From assembly GCF_000143415.4 (NCBI RefSeq), contig NW_003314263.1:1700749-1764748 (forward strand): a stretch of 64,000 nt of DNA, in the 5' to 3' direction. Within the stretch, counting starts at the first letter, position 1. Each line of letters begins with the position of its first letter. The position numbers and the translations under genes were made by a program. This stretch comes from Selaginella moellendorffii. Lineage: Eukaryota; Plantae; Lycopodiophyta. Of the stretch, positions 52,600 through 64,000 are shown one piece after another. Under the pieces are notes generated by a model. The model searched no databases and was not told the origin of the DNA. It saw only the letters and a program-made list of their open reading frames with translations.

Positions 52600-53730
52600 C
52601 TTGGCATTTGAGGAAGGAAGATACATGAGAACAGGACCTTTAGTTGAGATGTTACACGATCAGATGAAGAGGAAAGTGACTCCACCAACACGAATAGTGG
52701 CAACTGTAGTGGAGGAAGTGGCTCGCAGCACATCTATGGAGTACACTCCTCGAGCTTCTATTGGTGATATGAAAACCGTCCGCTCAAAACATCGCTTTTC
52801 CTTTGCTGGTGAAGATGTTACCATGGATCTTGGAGCAAAAAGCTCTCACAAGCTTAATATTGAGTATCATTCTGCTCTAAAACATCGCCCCCGAACTGAG
52901 CCACCTCAAGTGGTTGATGAAGTGCATCATAGCAAGTTGAAATTGCTTATCGTAATATGGAGCCAAAGCAATGGGCAATCTGTCGAGTGCTAACAAAATC
53001 AAATGTAAGGTATGTAGGGATGCTTCTGAGGGGCAAGTGTTAGGCTTGGATCCGTGGTGACAAGTCTACTTCTATTCCAGCCCCATGTTTCCATAGGAAA
53101 CAAAAGCAAGTAGGATTTTCAAGATGGTGTTGGCTATATTGTTGCAACACTACTGTCAACCATACAAAGTGGCTTGAAGACACTATAGTGATTAAACTTG
53201 ATGTAGTACCTAAAGAATAGCTGGTTGCTAATGGAGTTGCGCTCATCTTGGATGAAATTGAAAACCTTGAGAAATCTAGTTTCAATCTTGAAAGGAGAGT
53301 TAGAGACATGATTGAGAAAACCAAGACTGTTCCTACAAAGATGCATAAGAGGCCAGTAAGAAAAGGCAAGGCAGTTAAATTTATTAGTACTATCTCCAAG
53401 CAGAAGCAAGATAAAATAAACTTGGCTCAAACACTTGAGTGTGAGATTCTTTCCACAAAGTACATCACTACACTTGCAAAGGAGTATATAGTCAAAACAG
53501 AAGGTGGAGAGTATATAATTGCCATTCAAGACTTTCCTTCTTGCAAATGTCCAAACTTTACGAAGCGCGAGGAACATGGGAAGGCATATGCTCCTTGCAA
53601 GCATATGTACTACATCTTCATCAACATCTTGCACTAGGATCCTAAAGTGGATATTCATTTACACCAAGCAAGCTTTACTATTGCCGAGTTGCAAAAAACT
53701 TTTAGAGCTAATTAGATTTTCCAACACTAT
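52600..53730 (+). pseudogene. SWIM zinc-finger gene remnant, possibly from a DNA transposon
   Basis: YIIAIQDFPSCKCPNF...PCKHMYYIF fits the SWIM CxC-xn-CxH pattern; in-frame stops present. Confidence 0.65.
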
Positions 53731-54192
53731 CGATGTTTATTCTCTATCAATAATATAAACTTATTATACCTTATATAATTAATAAAAATATTTTATTATT
53801 TCATTTTTCATTTCATATACCTGCGAGTGTTCTTTTCGCAATACTGCCCATAGTATTCACGAGTCTCCATTTTTGTCTTTACCATCTCAAAAAATATTTC
53901 ATAGTAGTTTTTTGGGTGCGTGATGTTGCAATTTGTTGCAAGAGCATATGTACCATTATAGTTGTTTTTTTTTTCTTTTGTGCCCTAAAGTTTCTAGCCC
54001 CAATCGTGGATCCATCCCTCACACACATGTGTTTGCAAACTTGCAGCCCCAAACTCAAGTGCAAGAGAAAATGGGGAGGGGTTATATGGCCTTATATAGA
54101 ATTTTAATTCAAATTTAATAATTTTTAACTTCTGAAAAACCTGATATTTACTAGCCAGAAAGCATAGAGTACAAATTTAAAGAAGTGACAAA

Positions 54193-57100
54193 AATACTCT
54201 TTTTGCAAACATTCTATTTTATATTCTAACAAATATCCCTATCATTGCATGTAGTAAATATTTAAATTATTAGAACAAGAATTGTCCTTTAGAACATTTT
54301 TATCTATATAATATATAGAGAGTTATGAAATTATTAGGTTCATCATAACCTTAAAATTTTAAAGTTTATAATGTTGTACTAAATTACAATTTAAAATTGA
54401 GCTCATGAGCTCAACTTTTCAACTCGTGAGCTCAAGTATGGTTTGCGATCAAACATAGTAATCCATGATAGAGTTACTTTATAAAATAGTTTATTGTTTG
54501 ATCGGATCCCTCTCCAGGCGCCTACGCTGCTCAAAAAACCTCTTCTGCCTACGCAGCAGCCGTGTTCCATCGATCGAAATATCAAAAATTACAACCAATA
54601 CCTAGCCTCGACAGAGTTCCTGGTCTTCTCACGCAGCAAGAAATGCAATCAAGCGAAAGAATCGCAAAAAACATCAACCCTACCTGCTTGATCTTCTTCT
54701 GGGATCCTCCCATCTATTGCAGCATCGTCGAACAGGCACACCACTCTATTGGTGGTGGAGTTGTGAGACATAAATCCCCAAGCCTTAAAGTGGAGCTGAA
54801 AGAGTGCTATATGGTAGTGGCTAAAGCGGAAGCAAAATGAGCATAACACATTTAGACTAAAATTTCCAACTTGAAAAGTCAAGAGCGGGATTGGAACTCC
54901 CAATGGAGTGCTCTATAAGCAACCACAGGGAACAACTTGAAAGACGATCCATAAGGGTTCAAATATAGAAGGAAAGGGACCATAAATAAAACTTTTCCAA
55001 TCGGTTAAAAGTCTTGGGATATTTAATTAAGTGTCATTGGGTTTGATTAGTATTAAATTGGGTGACCTCTCAAAAAGTCCAAATTTAAGAGCTTATATGC
55101 TTAAGGAATATGCATGAAGAAAACAATAAATGAGTCTTTAGAAAAGGGATACAAGAGGAACAACATATGACTTGAGATGGACCTAAGGAGTCGTCCAAGA
55201 TAAACCTGAGATGGAGTCCAAGATGAAGTCTGAGATGAACCTAAGATGGACCTGAGATGCAGTTTGAGGCCGAGGCCGAGTCCGAGACCGAGGTCGAGTC
55301 CGAGACCGAGTTCGAGTCCAAGTCCAAGTTCAAGTCTGAGTTCAAGTCCAAGGTGAAAGCCCAAAGTGATCATCTCCCAGACCCTAGGTGAGCTCCAAAA
55401 GTATACTAATGTAGCGCACCTTATCTCTCTCTTATCTCTCTTCTCTTCTCTTCTATTTATCCCCCAAGGTTCCAAGGATCCACGGTGATAGTATATCCAA
55501 ATTTCATCCCATGATCACATGCGCTACACTCACCCCCCTTTCAGAGATGTCAATGTCCTCATTGACTATTGACTAACAACCCTTATTGAGCCAAGAACTA
55601 ACACCTCCATTTCCGCACTGAATTTACCAATCCTTCCATTGTGTAGACCAACTATTCCATGTGAGGCAACTAATCATCCACCCGTACCGCAGTCTTACAG
55701 TGGATACCTTCGTCTCGTACTCCATAACTCCTGATACTAATGGAGGCTTGGGGTGAAAGTCCAAAGCATGTGTTCCTCAAAGGAAAGGGGGGGGGGAGAG
55801 AGGGGTTCTGAGGGGTTCCAAATGTATGCTCGAGAGTTGCTCCATAGTTCAATTCCATCACTCCTTAGCTCTATGCTTGAGGGTTTGGCACCGTTCCTTC
55901 ATTCCATGGCCCAAGGCCTTGAACCTTAGGTTCCACACCACTGTCCTATGGACACATGGCATATGACATGTGGCACATGGAGGGTTTAGGTTTTGCTTTG
56001 TTGTGTTATCCTATAGTAAATCACCATAGGATAAAGGGGAAAAACCACATGCGCTACAGCCAAGTCACACCATTATCAATAGTTCAAATTAACAATTTGG
56101 ATTAGGAACCTTATTCCTTAATCTAGCAAAAACCTTGCCCTTGTTTAGTTATAGGATCACCTAGTGATCTCACCTTGACACCTTAACATATTTGCCAATA
56201 GATATTAGGTCTTTCAAACCTTTAAGTTGTTGACCATGACCTCGGAGTCATCTCCCACACTTGACAGTGTGCCCAAACTAGCCCTTTTGGCCAAAGATCC
56301 ATAGTAACTAAGATTGAGTGCCCTCATTTCATTCACCACATCCTCGATGCCACTTGCACTAAAGTGTTTAAGTTTGATATGCCAAGCTTTCACACTAAAC
56401 AATTTACTCATGCATCATGACTCCGAAGCATCCCCATTTGGTGATATGCCCAAGCTAGCCTCTTTACTGAGAGTGCATGACCACCAAAAAATGAAAATCT
56501 TCATATTCCAAACCATCACCATGCCCTAGTGAGTTAGGATTTGAACCCAAGCACCCAAGTTTGAGTCCTAAAGGGTTAGGACTCAAACCTAACCTCCGTA
56601 TATATATTTATGGATGGCATCACCTAAGATGCCCAGTGTGACTCCTTGCACTAGTGCATTAACTTATATCTAAAGTGTGTTATAGATCACAATTTACAAA
56701 TTTAGTTCCTCCAAACTTTTAAGTCCTCTCACTTGACTCAACTCCTTCAACTAAGGTCTCTCTTCCTCCAACTTGCCAATCTCACTTAGCAAGTCATCTG
56801 ACCAACGTAACATAGTTCTATGCATAAGTGTGAAAATCCTCAAACATTGATTTTCCAAGACCATTTGTATCATAATCTTGTTTCTCAAAGACTAGGCCAT
56901 TCGTCCATGAGTGGTCATCCTTTGACCACACCTTAGCACCCTTAAGATGCCTAGAGACATGGAGAACACCCTTCCACAATGTCCCTTCTTCTGTCCCCAC
57001 CAAATCCTTCTTCATCCACAACCATACTCTTTAACACTACCACTAGGTTTAGGCCCAAAGGCCTAACCACTAAGTTCCACTATCTTGGTCACTACACCAA

Positions 57101-58779
57101 AGGACTATTCCTCTTCCTTTCCATAGTCTAGGACTTTGAAATAACATTTCAAAACACAGTGGCCCTAAGCGAGCCTCGTGGTTACTCTTCTCACCTTCCA
57201 CCTTTAGGTGCCCTAGTTATGTGGCTAGAGCGAGGTTCCAATGAACCATACTAAGTATCCAAGTAGGTAGTGCCACCCACACTTGGATTGAGACCATCGA
57301 CTATTTGATCTCCCAGAGGAGCTAAAGCCAAGTCTTGAACACTTCACCAAGCTACCCCACTTATCTGTCTGTATTAATTCTAACATTGGACTCTTTAATG
57401 GTTATATCATCACCCAACACGTGGGTATAGTTTTCGTTGGTCACACTAGCCTTTTCTAGCCAAACTAGCTCCATTGGAGTCCTCCCCCCTAGTATACTTT
57501 TGGAGCTCACCAAACCCCCTAGGGTCTGGGAGATGATCACTTTTGGGTTTCACCCTGGGACTCGAACTCAGACTTGAACTTGGACTTGGACTCGGACTCG
57601 GTCTCAAACTTGGCCTCGGCCTCAAACTCCATCTCAGGTCCATCTTGGGTTCATCTCGGACTTCATCTTGGACTCCATCTCAGGTTTATCTCAAACGACT
57701 CCTTAAGTCTATCTCAAGTCATGTGTTGTTCCTCTTGTATCCCTTTTCTAGAGACTCACTTATTCCTTGCTTCGTGCATGTTCCTTGAGCATATAAGCTC
57801 TTAAATTTGGACTTCTTGGGAGGTCACCCAATTTAATACTAATCAAACCCAATGATGTATAATCCCAAATATCCCAAGAATTTTAACCAATTGAAAAAGG
57901 GGGTGCACTCTTATTTATAGGCCCTTTCCTTCTATATTTGGAACTCCCAATGGAGTGCTTTATAAGCAACTATAAGGAACGACTTGAGAGATGATCCATA
58001 TAGGTTCAAGCAAACTTTCGTCGATTTTACTCGTCTTAAAGTAACTCTCACCGCTGCAAACGGAACGACGTCAACGGTGAAAACGGAGCCAACGAGTGAA
58101 AATATTGGAACATGGAGCAACTTTTGAGTGAAGAGCCTAAGGAGTAGAGGGACAAGGTACATTTCCATTGTTTGGTTTACCCTCTGTGTTTGGCTGTCTG
58201 TCTGAGAATGGTATACAAAGTTGAAGCTCGCTCCACTACTTGAACACCAATTTTTTCTCGCAAACTCTTCTGATTCCCGAGCAAGCTTATCCAGTCTACT
58301 TCCCGCTCTTGACTTTTCAAGTTAAAAATTTTAGTCCAAATGTGTTATGCTCATTTTGCTTCCACTTTGGCCACTACCATATGGCACTCTTTCGGCTCCA
58401 CTTTGAGACTTGGGGATTTGTGTCTCAAAACTCCACCACCAATAAACAAAGTTCAATGTCCTCATCAAACAATAAAATATTTTACAAAGTAACCCTATCA
58501 TGGATTATTATGTTTGAGCGTAAACCATACTTGAGCTCACGAGTTGAAGAGTTGAGCTCACGAGTTAAACTCAATTTTAAATTGTAATTTAGTACAAACA
58601 TTATAAACTTTAAAATTTTAAGGTTATGACAAACCTAATAATTTCATAACTCTCTATATATTATATAGATAAAAATGTTCTAAAGGACACTTCTTGTTCT
58701 AATAATTTAAATATTTACTACATGCAATGATAGGGATATTTGTTAGAACATAAAATAAAATGTTTGCAAAAAGAGTATT
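54193..58779. repeat. Large imperfect inverted repeat: arms ~54193-55410 and ~57490-58779 around a ~2-kb spacer
   Basis: 54193-54502 is the reverse complement of 58465-58779. 54748-55410 matches 57490-58443 inverted, with indels. Confidence 0.9.
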
Positions 58780-59245
58780 CTTAAGCTCTATTTCGTTAAA
58801 GTGGGAATTGTCATTATCCCACTTGTAAAATAAGGTTTCCAAACCTTTATATAGTATATAAATATAACAAAATTCAACTGCATTGAGGCACATGCCATTT
58901 TATTTTAAACAAGGAAATGTCTACTCAATCACTTCTCCTCCCCCTGCCACTGCTTCACCTCTCTCTTCTCCTTGTCATCGTCGTCCAATTTCTTTCCATC
59001 CTTTTAATATTGGCTCAGTTGCTCCGAGTCTAGGTGGAGCCCAAGTCCCCATTCAATCTTTACTTTCCCCTTATTAATAAAACAACTTCGTAGACTTCCA
59101 ATAACATGCTGTAACACTTCTAGTATAATGCAAATCCTCTCAAAGAATTGTCTTTTAATATTAATACAATGGCATAGAACCCCATGCCATAATAAGTTAC
59201 ATTTTTAAATAAATACATGCCATCTCAGACTGTTATTTTTTGCCT

Positions 59246-62200
59246 CTAACGCCTATACAATAATCTTGGAATTTCATCACTCTCCACACTATCAGGATTT
59301 AAACCCAATAGTAATGCCATCTCTTCTCTAATACGTCCACGCTCATGTTCAGTGGTCGAAGAACCCATCCGGTTGAGCAGATTATGGAGATGTAGATAGT
59401 ACTTGGCTAGACAATATACATGCCATAAATGATGACTGGTGTCTGTCCGATCAAATGGCTTCTGATATACCGTTCCATCTGCCATTTGGTTGATTTCTAC
59501 AGCCACCTCCTGGACTGGCCGGTTCTCTATCACCATCGCTCCAAGCCGTTTTGCAAGGTCCCCCAGAACATACGGTTTCTTCTCCCTAGTTTCCATACTG
59601 CAAGAGATAGGGTGCACTGCATATGTGTGCATGTTCGCTGCAGTTTTAATTGGCGAGCCATCGATGATGAGGATTTCACTTGACCTAGCAGTCCGGTTCA
59701 TCACTACAGCCTCTGGCTTGACGAAGATGGGCTTGCTACCCCTCACATGAACCATAGTCAAGCAATCCTCCTGCGTTAGGAGAAAGTCAAATGGTAATAT
59801 TACTCGCGTCTGATCGTGCATCATCTGTAGCAACGTTAATGCATTGTGGCGCATCATGGATGTCCAAACTCCCAATTGCAAATTGAACCCGGCCCTCTGT
59901 TTTAAGTGTTGCATGGTTATTATTAGATCCCGCAGTTTCTCCCGTGTGATTAATGTGAATCTGTCTCTTTTGACCAACTTGCGATCGCAGGCTTTGGAGG
60001 GTGTAGTGACATTCGAGGACGAGCCACGCTCATGGGAGAAAAGGACACCATTCAGATCATAAACGATACAGTACCTTCGCCGTGACTCTGAAATGAAATG
60101 CGTCAGCATAAAAAATGGTACAAGTCAATTTTACCATCTACAATATTAGCGAATGGTGCTCCCGATGGTCGTTGAGAGGGTTTTGGTCGAGGAAACGTGA
60201 AGGGCGGAAATACTCTCCTCTGCAATGTGGGGTCAATTGCATCCGATGGCGTGTGGGCACATGCCATTTCAGCTGTAGACTCTGGTACAACTGGCTCAAC
60301 AGTGGCATGGGGTGGTTCCGATGGCGTGTGATCACACGCCATTTCAGCTGGTGCCTCCGTTGGCAAAGTGGACATGACCGAATAGGCAGCAGGGGCGGTG
60401 TAGGGAGGTTCCAACGGCGCGTAGTTAGACAATTGGGCACACGTTGAGTCCGTTGGAAATGAGGATACGACCGGCTCGACGGCTGGGGCGGCCTCATGCG
60501 GGTCCAATGGCGTCTGGTCACCATCAGTTGGATACGTGGACAAGATTGACTTAGTGGTATGGGCAGCATCAAGTGGAGCGTGGTCAGCTTGCTTGGCGTT
60601 GATATGGATAGTAGCCTCCACTAGCTCTGATGACTCTTGCAGGCAAGTAGAGTCCACTGGCAGATCCATATGCATGTCCAAATATCTCCCTTTGATTGAG
60701 ATGGTATCCTCCCTACTGGCTACTAAAAACAAACTCATTAGCACGTTAAATCGACTATACTGTATTTACCATCAACTGCTATTGAGGAACTAGGACCGAT
60801 ATCACTTGGGCGCACTACTAATTCTGAAGGATTGGACATACATTTCGACCCTTGCTTGGCACTATCCTTCCTCGACACTAAAGGCTAGAGTTTGTATCTT
60901 AATTCAACTGAATAATCTCTACTTACCATTTGCTCTGCGACCTACATGGACAATGTTAGAAATGGTAAAAGGTTAGGAATGGATGTACTATTATTTACCT
61001 GATGGTTTGTCTTGTATGACCTTCCTCTGCTGCTCTTTGGCCACCTCAGGCTGGCCATCGTCGTCATCATCGTCGTCGTCGTTATTGTGATCGTCACCAT
61101 TGTGAGGACCATCCAAGTCCTCTTCGTCCTCCTCTTCTTCGTCCTCTTCTTCTTTGTCCTCCTCTTCGTCATTTTGCTCTTCCTGCTCATTATCTTTCTT
61201 TGGCTCCTCATCCCCCTCCTGCATTTCTTCCATAGGCTGCTCAGGCTGGATGGCTTGTTCTTCCAGGACCATCTTGGGAAAATCATCTGGCCGAGTCTCC
61301 ATCTCAAAATACAAGACATCCATAGCTTGTTTTAGTGCGTGACCTAGGACCGTATCCTCACCCGACTGTCTTAACATGGTTTCTGCACGTTCTTGCACCC
61401 TTCAAAGACGACGAGATGAGAAAAACGTGGCCCTGACTTGAAAAGCATCCCTCATCCATTGTACCTCTCCATTGAGATTGGGGAAGGGGAGTCCGCCATA
61501 GGAATCTGAGTCAGGAGGTGGTGACTGCCTGCTTTCACTCAGCCCTTGATCTACAATGAATGGTATGAGCACACATGCCATAACCGCGAGGCATTACCTA
61601 TCATCTTTTCATTGCCCTTCTTCCTTTTTGAATCAAATGCCTCTGATCCCGATGACTGTCCAACATGCTTTCGCTTTTTATGACCATTGTCAGTTTGAGC
61701 TTGGCTGGTGCTTGCCTGTTTTGCCTTTGAAGAAGTGTCTCCTGCAAGGAATGGCATGAGACCACACGCCATTGCAAATATAATTTGTACCTCCTTTTTT
61801 CCTATTGCTTGTCTGTTTGTCCTTCTTCGACGCGCCACCAGTGTGCTTTTCAGTCCTCGTGTCTGAATATTCACAACGATCTATAATCAAAATGGTGTGA
61901 GGCCTCACGTGACCTTACCTTGTGTAGGTTGTGAGCTCGGCCCAACATGGGTATCTTCAACAGTAGCTGTTAACGCCGTTTCAGCATCTGGGGGTGGCCA
62001 CGCTCCTGCATACAGAGCTTGTGAGATAACATTTAAACTTAAAGTGTGTACTCACTAGGTTCACAGAGAAGATACTGTTTTTCTTTGGCAACTGTAATTA
62101 TATGCTCCATTGAAGTCACCTCTTCAATGGAGTTTGTCACCGCAACACACGGGACACCCTTGAGTAGTGCGGCTCAAAAGAATAGTCCGCCGCAGTTGTA

Positions 62201-64000
62201 CTCGACAACGCATTTGCCCTTGGAGTCGGAAGTAGGTGACCCACCCGCTATTGCGTTGAAGACCCAGTTGAGCATTTCCCATGCTGCACCTGGAGCTTTC
62301 TCTGGATTTGAAAGCTCCATAGCCGTCTTCAGTTCCTCAGGCACAGGTAAATTGACCTCCCTCAGATCAATTCGATCAGCCTTGTCGAACGAAGCTGGGA
62401 AGTCACTCCAGTCCCACTCTGCTGCAGGACCAATAACAAGGGCGAGTGTGAAGATGCGGAAATTCGTCGGTATCTTCTTCTTAGCCATTATCCCATGGAT
62501 CTCCCGCATCTCCTTGCCTTTCAACCGAGCCTTCACCTCGTTCAAGGCCTTCCAGAACTTGTGATAGGATTCGGAGTCGTAAATCATATAGTGGACTGAA
62601 GATTCCACCTCCGTAAGTCCCACCATTAAGTCAATGATGGAGCTAACTTCGTCTGCATGAGTGATCTCCTCGTTTGTGAAGTCCATCACACAAAAAATGT
62701 TCTTGACCTGCTTATCTCCGCGGGAAACGATGCTCCTCCACCTTTGATCCTCATCCGAATTCACGTATACCCGGTAAGGTTCTCGATAGGCCTCTGTTGC
62801 GGGGTCGAGCTGTTTCTGAAGCCGGCGGTCGACATCCCTCTTAATGAAATTTGGATACTGATCCAACTTCTCAGCTTTACTTTTCGTGGCATCCCGCAGC
62901 AGATCGATGAACTTGGGGGCCCCTTTCACGTACTTGTCGATGTCTTCATTTGACAACTCCAGCTCTTCCATCATCTCTTACGTGGTGTCGATGCTCACCC
63001 TCTCCACGGCCACTTGCTCGAAGATCCAATCCTTCAATAGCGCACGAGCTCTCAGAGTCGTGCACAAGTCCTCGTATGTCACAATATGGCCGGGAGTCAT
63101 TTTGGTCTTGTTGAAGACTACCTCACCACGTAGAAGAGCATTAGCCACTGTCAGAAGGTCGTCGTCGTCTAGAGACCGCGAGAAACACAAGGCGTTGAGC
63201 TTCAAATCATTAGGCTTCCAGCCGTCCTCCACACCCATTGAGTTTAGCAACTCCCCGTCATGGTACCTCCTCAACACATCTACCCATTTGTCAAAAACAA
63301 CTTTTGTCGCGATTAGAATGTTATGGATGCTGAGTGTGTCATTGACCCCTAGTGTTTTCGAGAGAAGACTTGAGAATTCCTGCAATGGAAATGGCGTGAG
63401 GCCACATGCTATGCCACATGCAACGAGGCTTACCTGCCAGGCGCTAGTTGCTAGTGCACGTCCTTGTCCTGGTTTTTGTGGCTTCTTTAGTTGAACCCAG
63501 AGCTTCCGTGTTCGTGCCAATATCTCATGCAGACCCGATTTGTAGCACGTTTCTTGCTTGACATTCTGCACGTGGGAGATGTATATGATAGATCGGAGGG
63601 GCGAGTTGCCTTTTATCAGGCGGACAACTCTTGTCTTGAAGACTTTCTTCACCTCCTCGCCCACCATAATATCCACAACTATCTCTTGCATCGCCAAGCT
63701 AGAATGCTGCCCGGAGACGGCATAGAACCGGATGTTCTGATCGTCCAACACCTTCCTATTGATCAAGTCTGGAAACCTCGTCTCGCCCTTCATTGTTCGG
63801 TAGTAGGGGATCACGTCTGCGATGTCGGGTGTTACTGGATTTGCCAGCATCTTCTGCTTCAGTTTCTCCACCCACTCATCAGATACTAGTCTGTGGTTGT
63901 ATTTGCTTTGGATGTCGATACGGCTCACGTCGATTGTATATACTTTGTTGGAATAGTAACAAGTACTATTATCTGCAACGATTTTTGCTGCCTCTTCTTG
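59246..64000 (-). pseudogene. Large spliced gene (5' end outside window): ParB/Srx-like, degenerate DNA amino-MTase-like, low-complexity linker, FCP1/SCP-type HAD phosphatase; three in-frame stops
   Basis: Eight 47-57 nt GT-AG introns, all phase 1, join the ORFs into one frame. The last exon has YDLNGVL, VWTS, TQEDC and LIIDGSPIK (FCP1/NIF motifs). Stops at 62978, 62174 and 61402. Confidence 0.7.

Noticed and set aside
61402-62980. U-to-C RNA editing rescuing in-frame stops
   Set aside because: Such editing is organellar; this is intron-bearing nuclear DNA and cytosine deamination explains the stops.

Overview
Plant nuclear DNA, most likely a lycophyte such as Selaginella. This is an inference from the ~47-70 nt introns, tight gene packing, S-motif-rich PPR genes and an H3.1-type histone with Tyr41. 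The left half (1-31 kb) is gene-rich. It holds PPR pseudogenes, two paralogous secreted Cys-rich tandem-repeat peptide precursor genes flanking an SPB1/FTSJ3 rRNA methyltransferase, an S28 prolyl carboxypeptidase, a group-3 LEA, a PLS-E PPR, histone H3, an aspartic protease, and two tau GSTs bracketing a frameshifted P450. The right half (31-64 kb) is a repeat nest. It holds a solo LTR with TSD, a rearranged pol fragment, a full-length 7.75 kb chromovirus (TSD TTGGA), a SWIM-finger remnant, a kb-scale fold-back and two decayed ParB/Srx-like genes. Three highlights: (1) two canonical GT-AG introns interrupt the conserved YHPQTDGQTER and GPY/F motifs of the retrotransposon integrase; (2) an 8-intron gene appears to fuse ParB-like, degenerate beta-class DNA amino-methyltransferase-like and FCP1-type phosphatase domains; (3) multi-core CC-C-C peptide precursors carry a conserved Asx-Gly-Phe motif. 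All calls come from reading the sequence by eye; no database searches were run.
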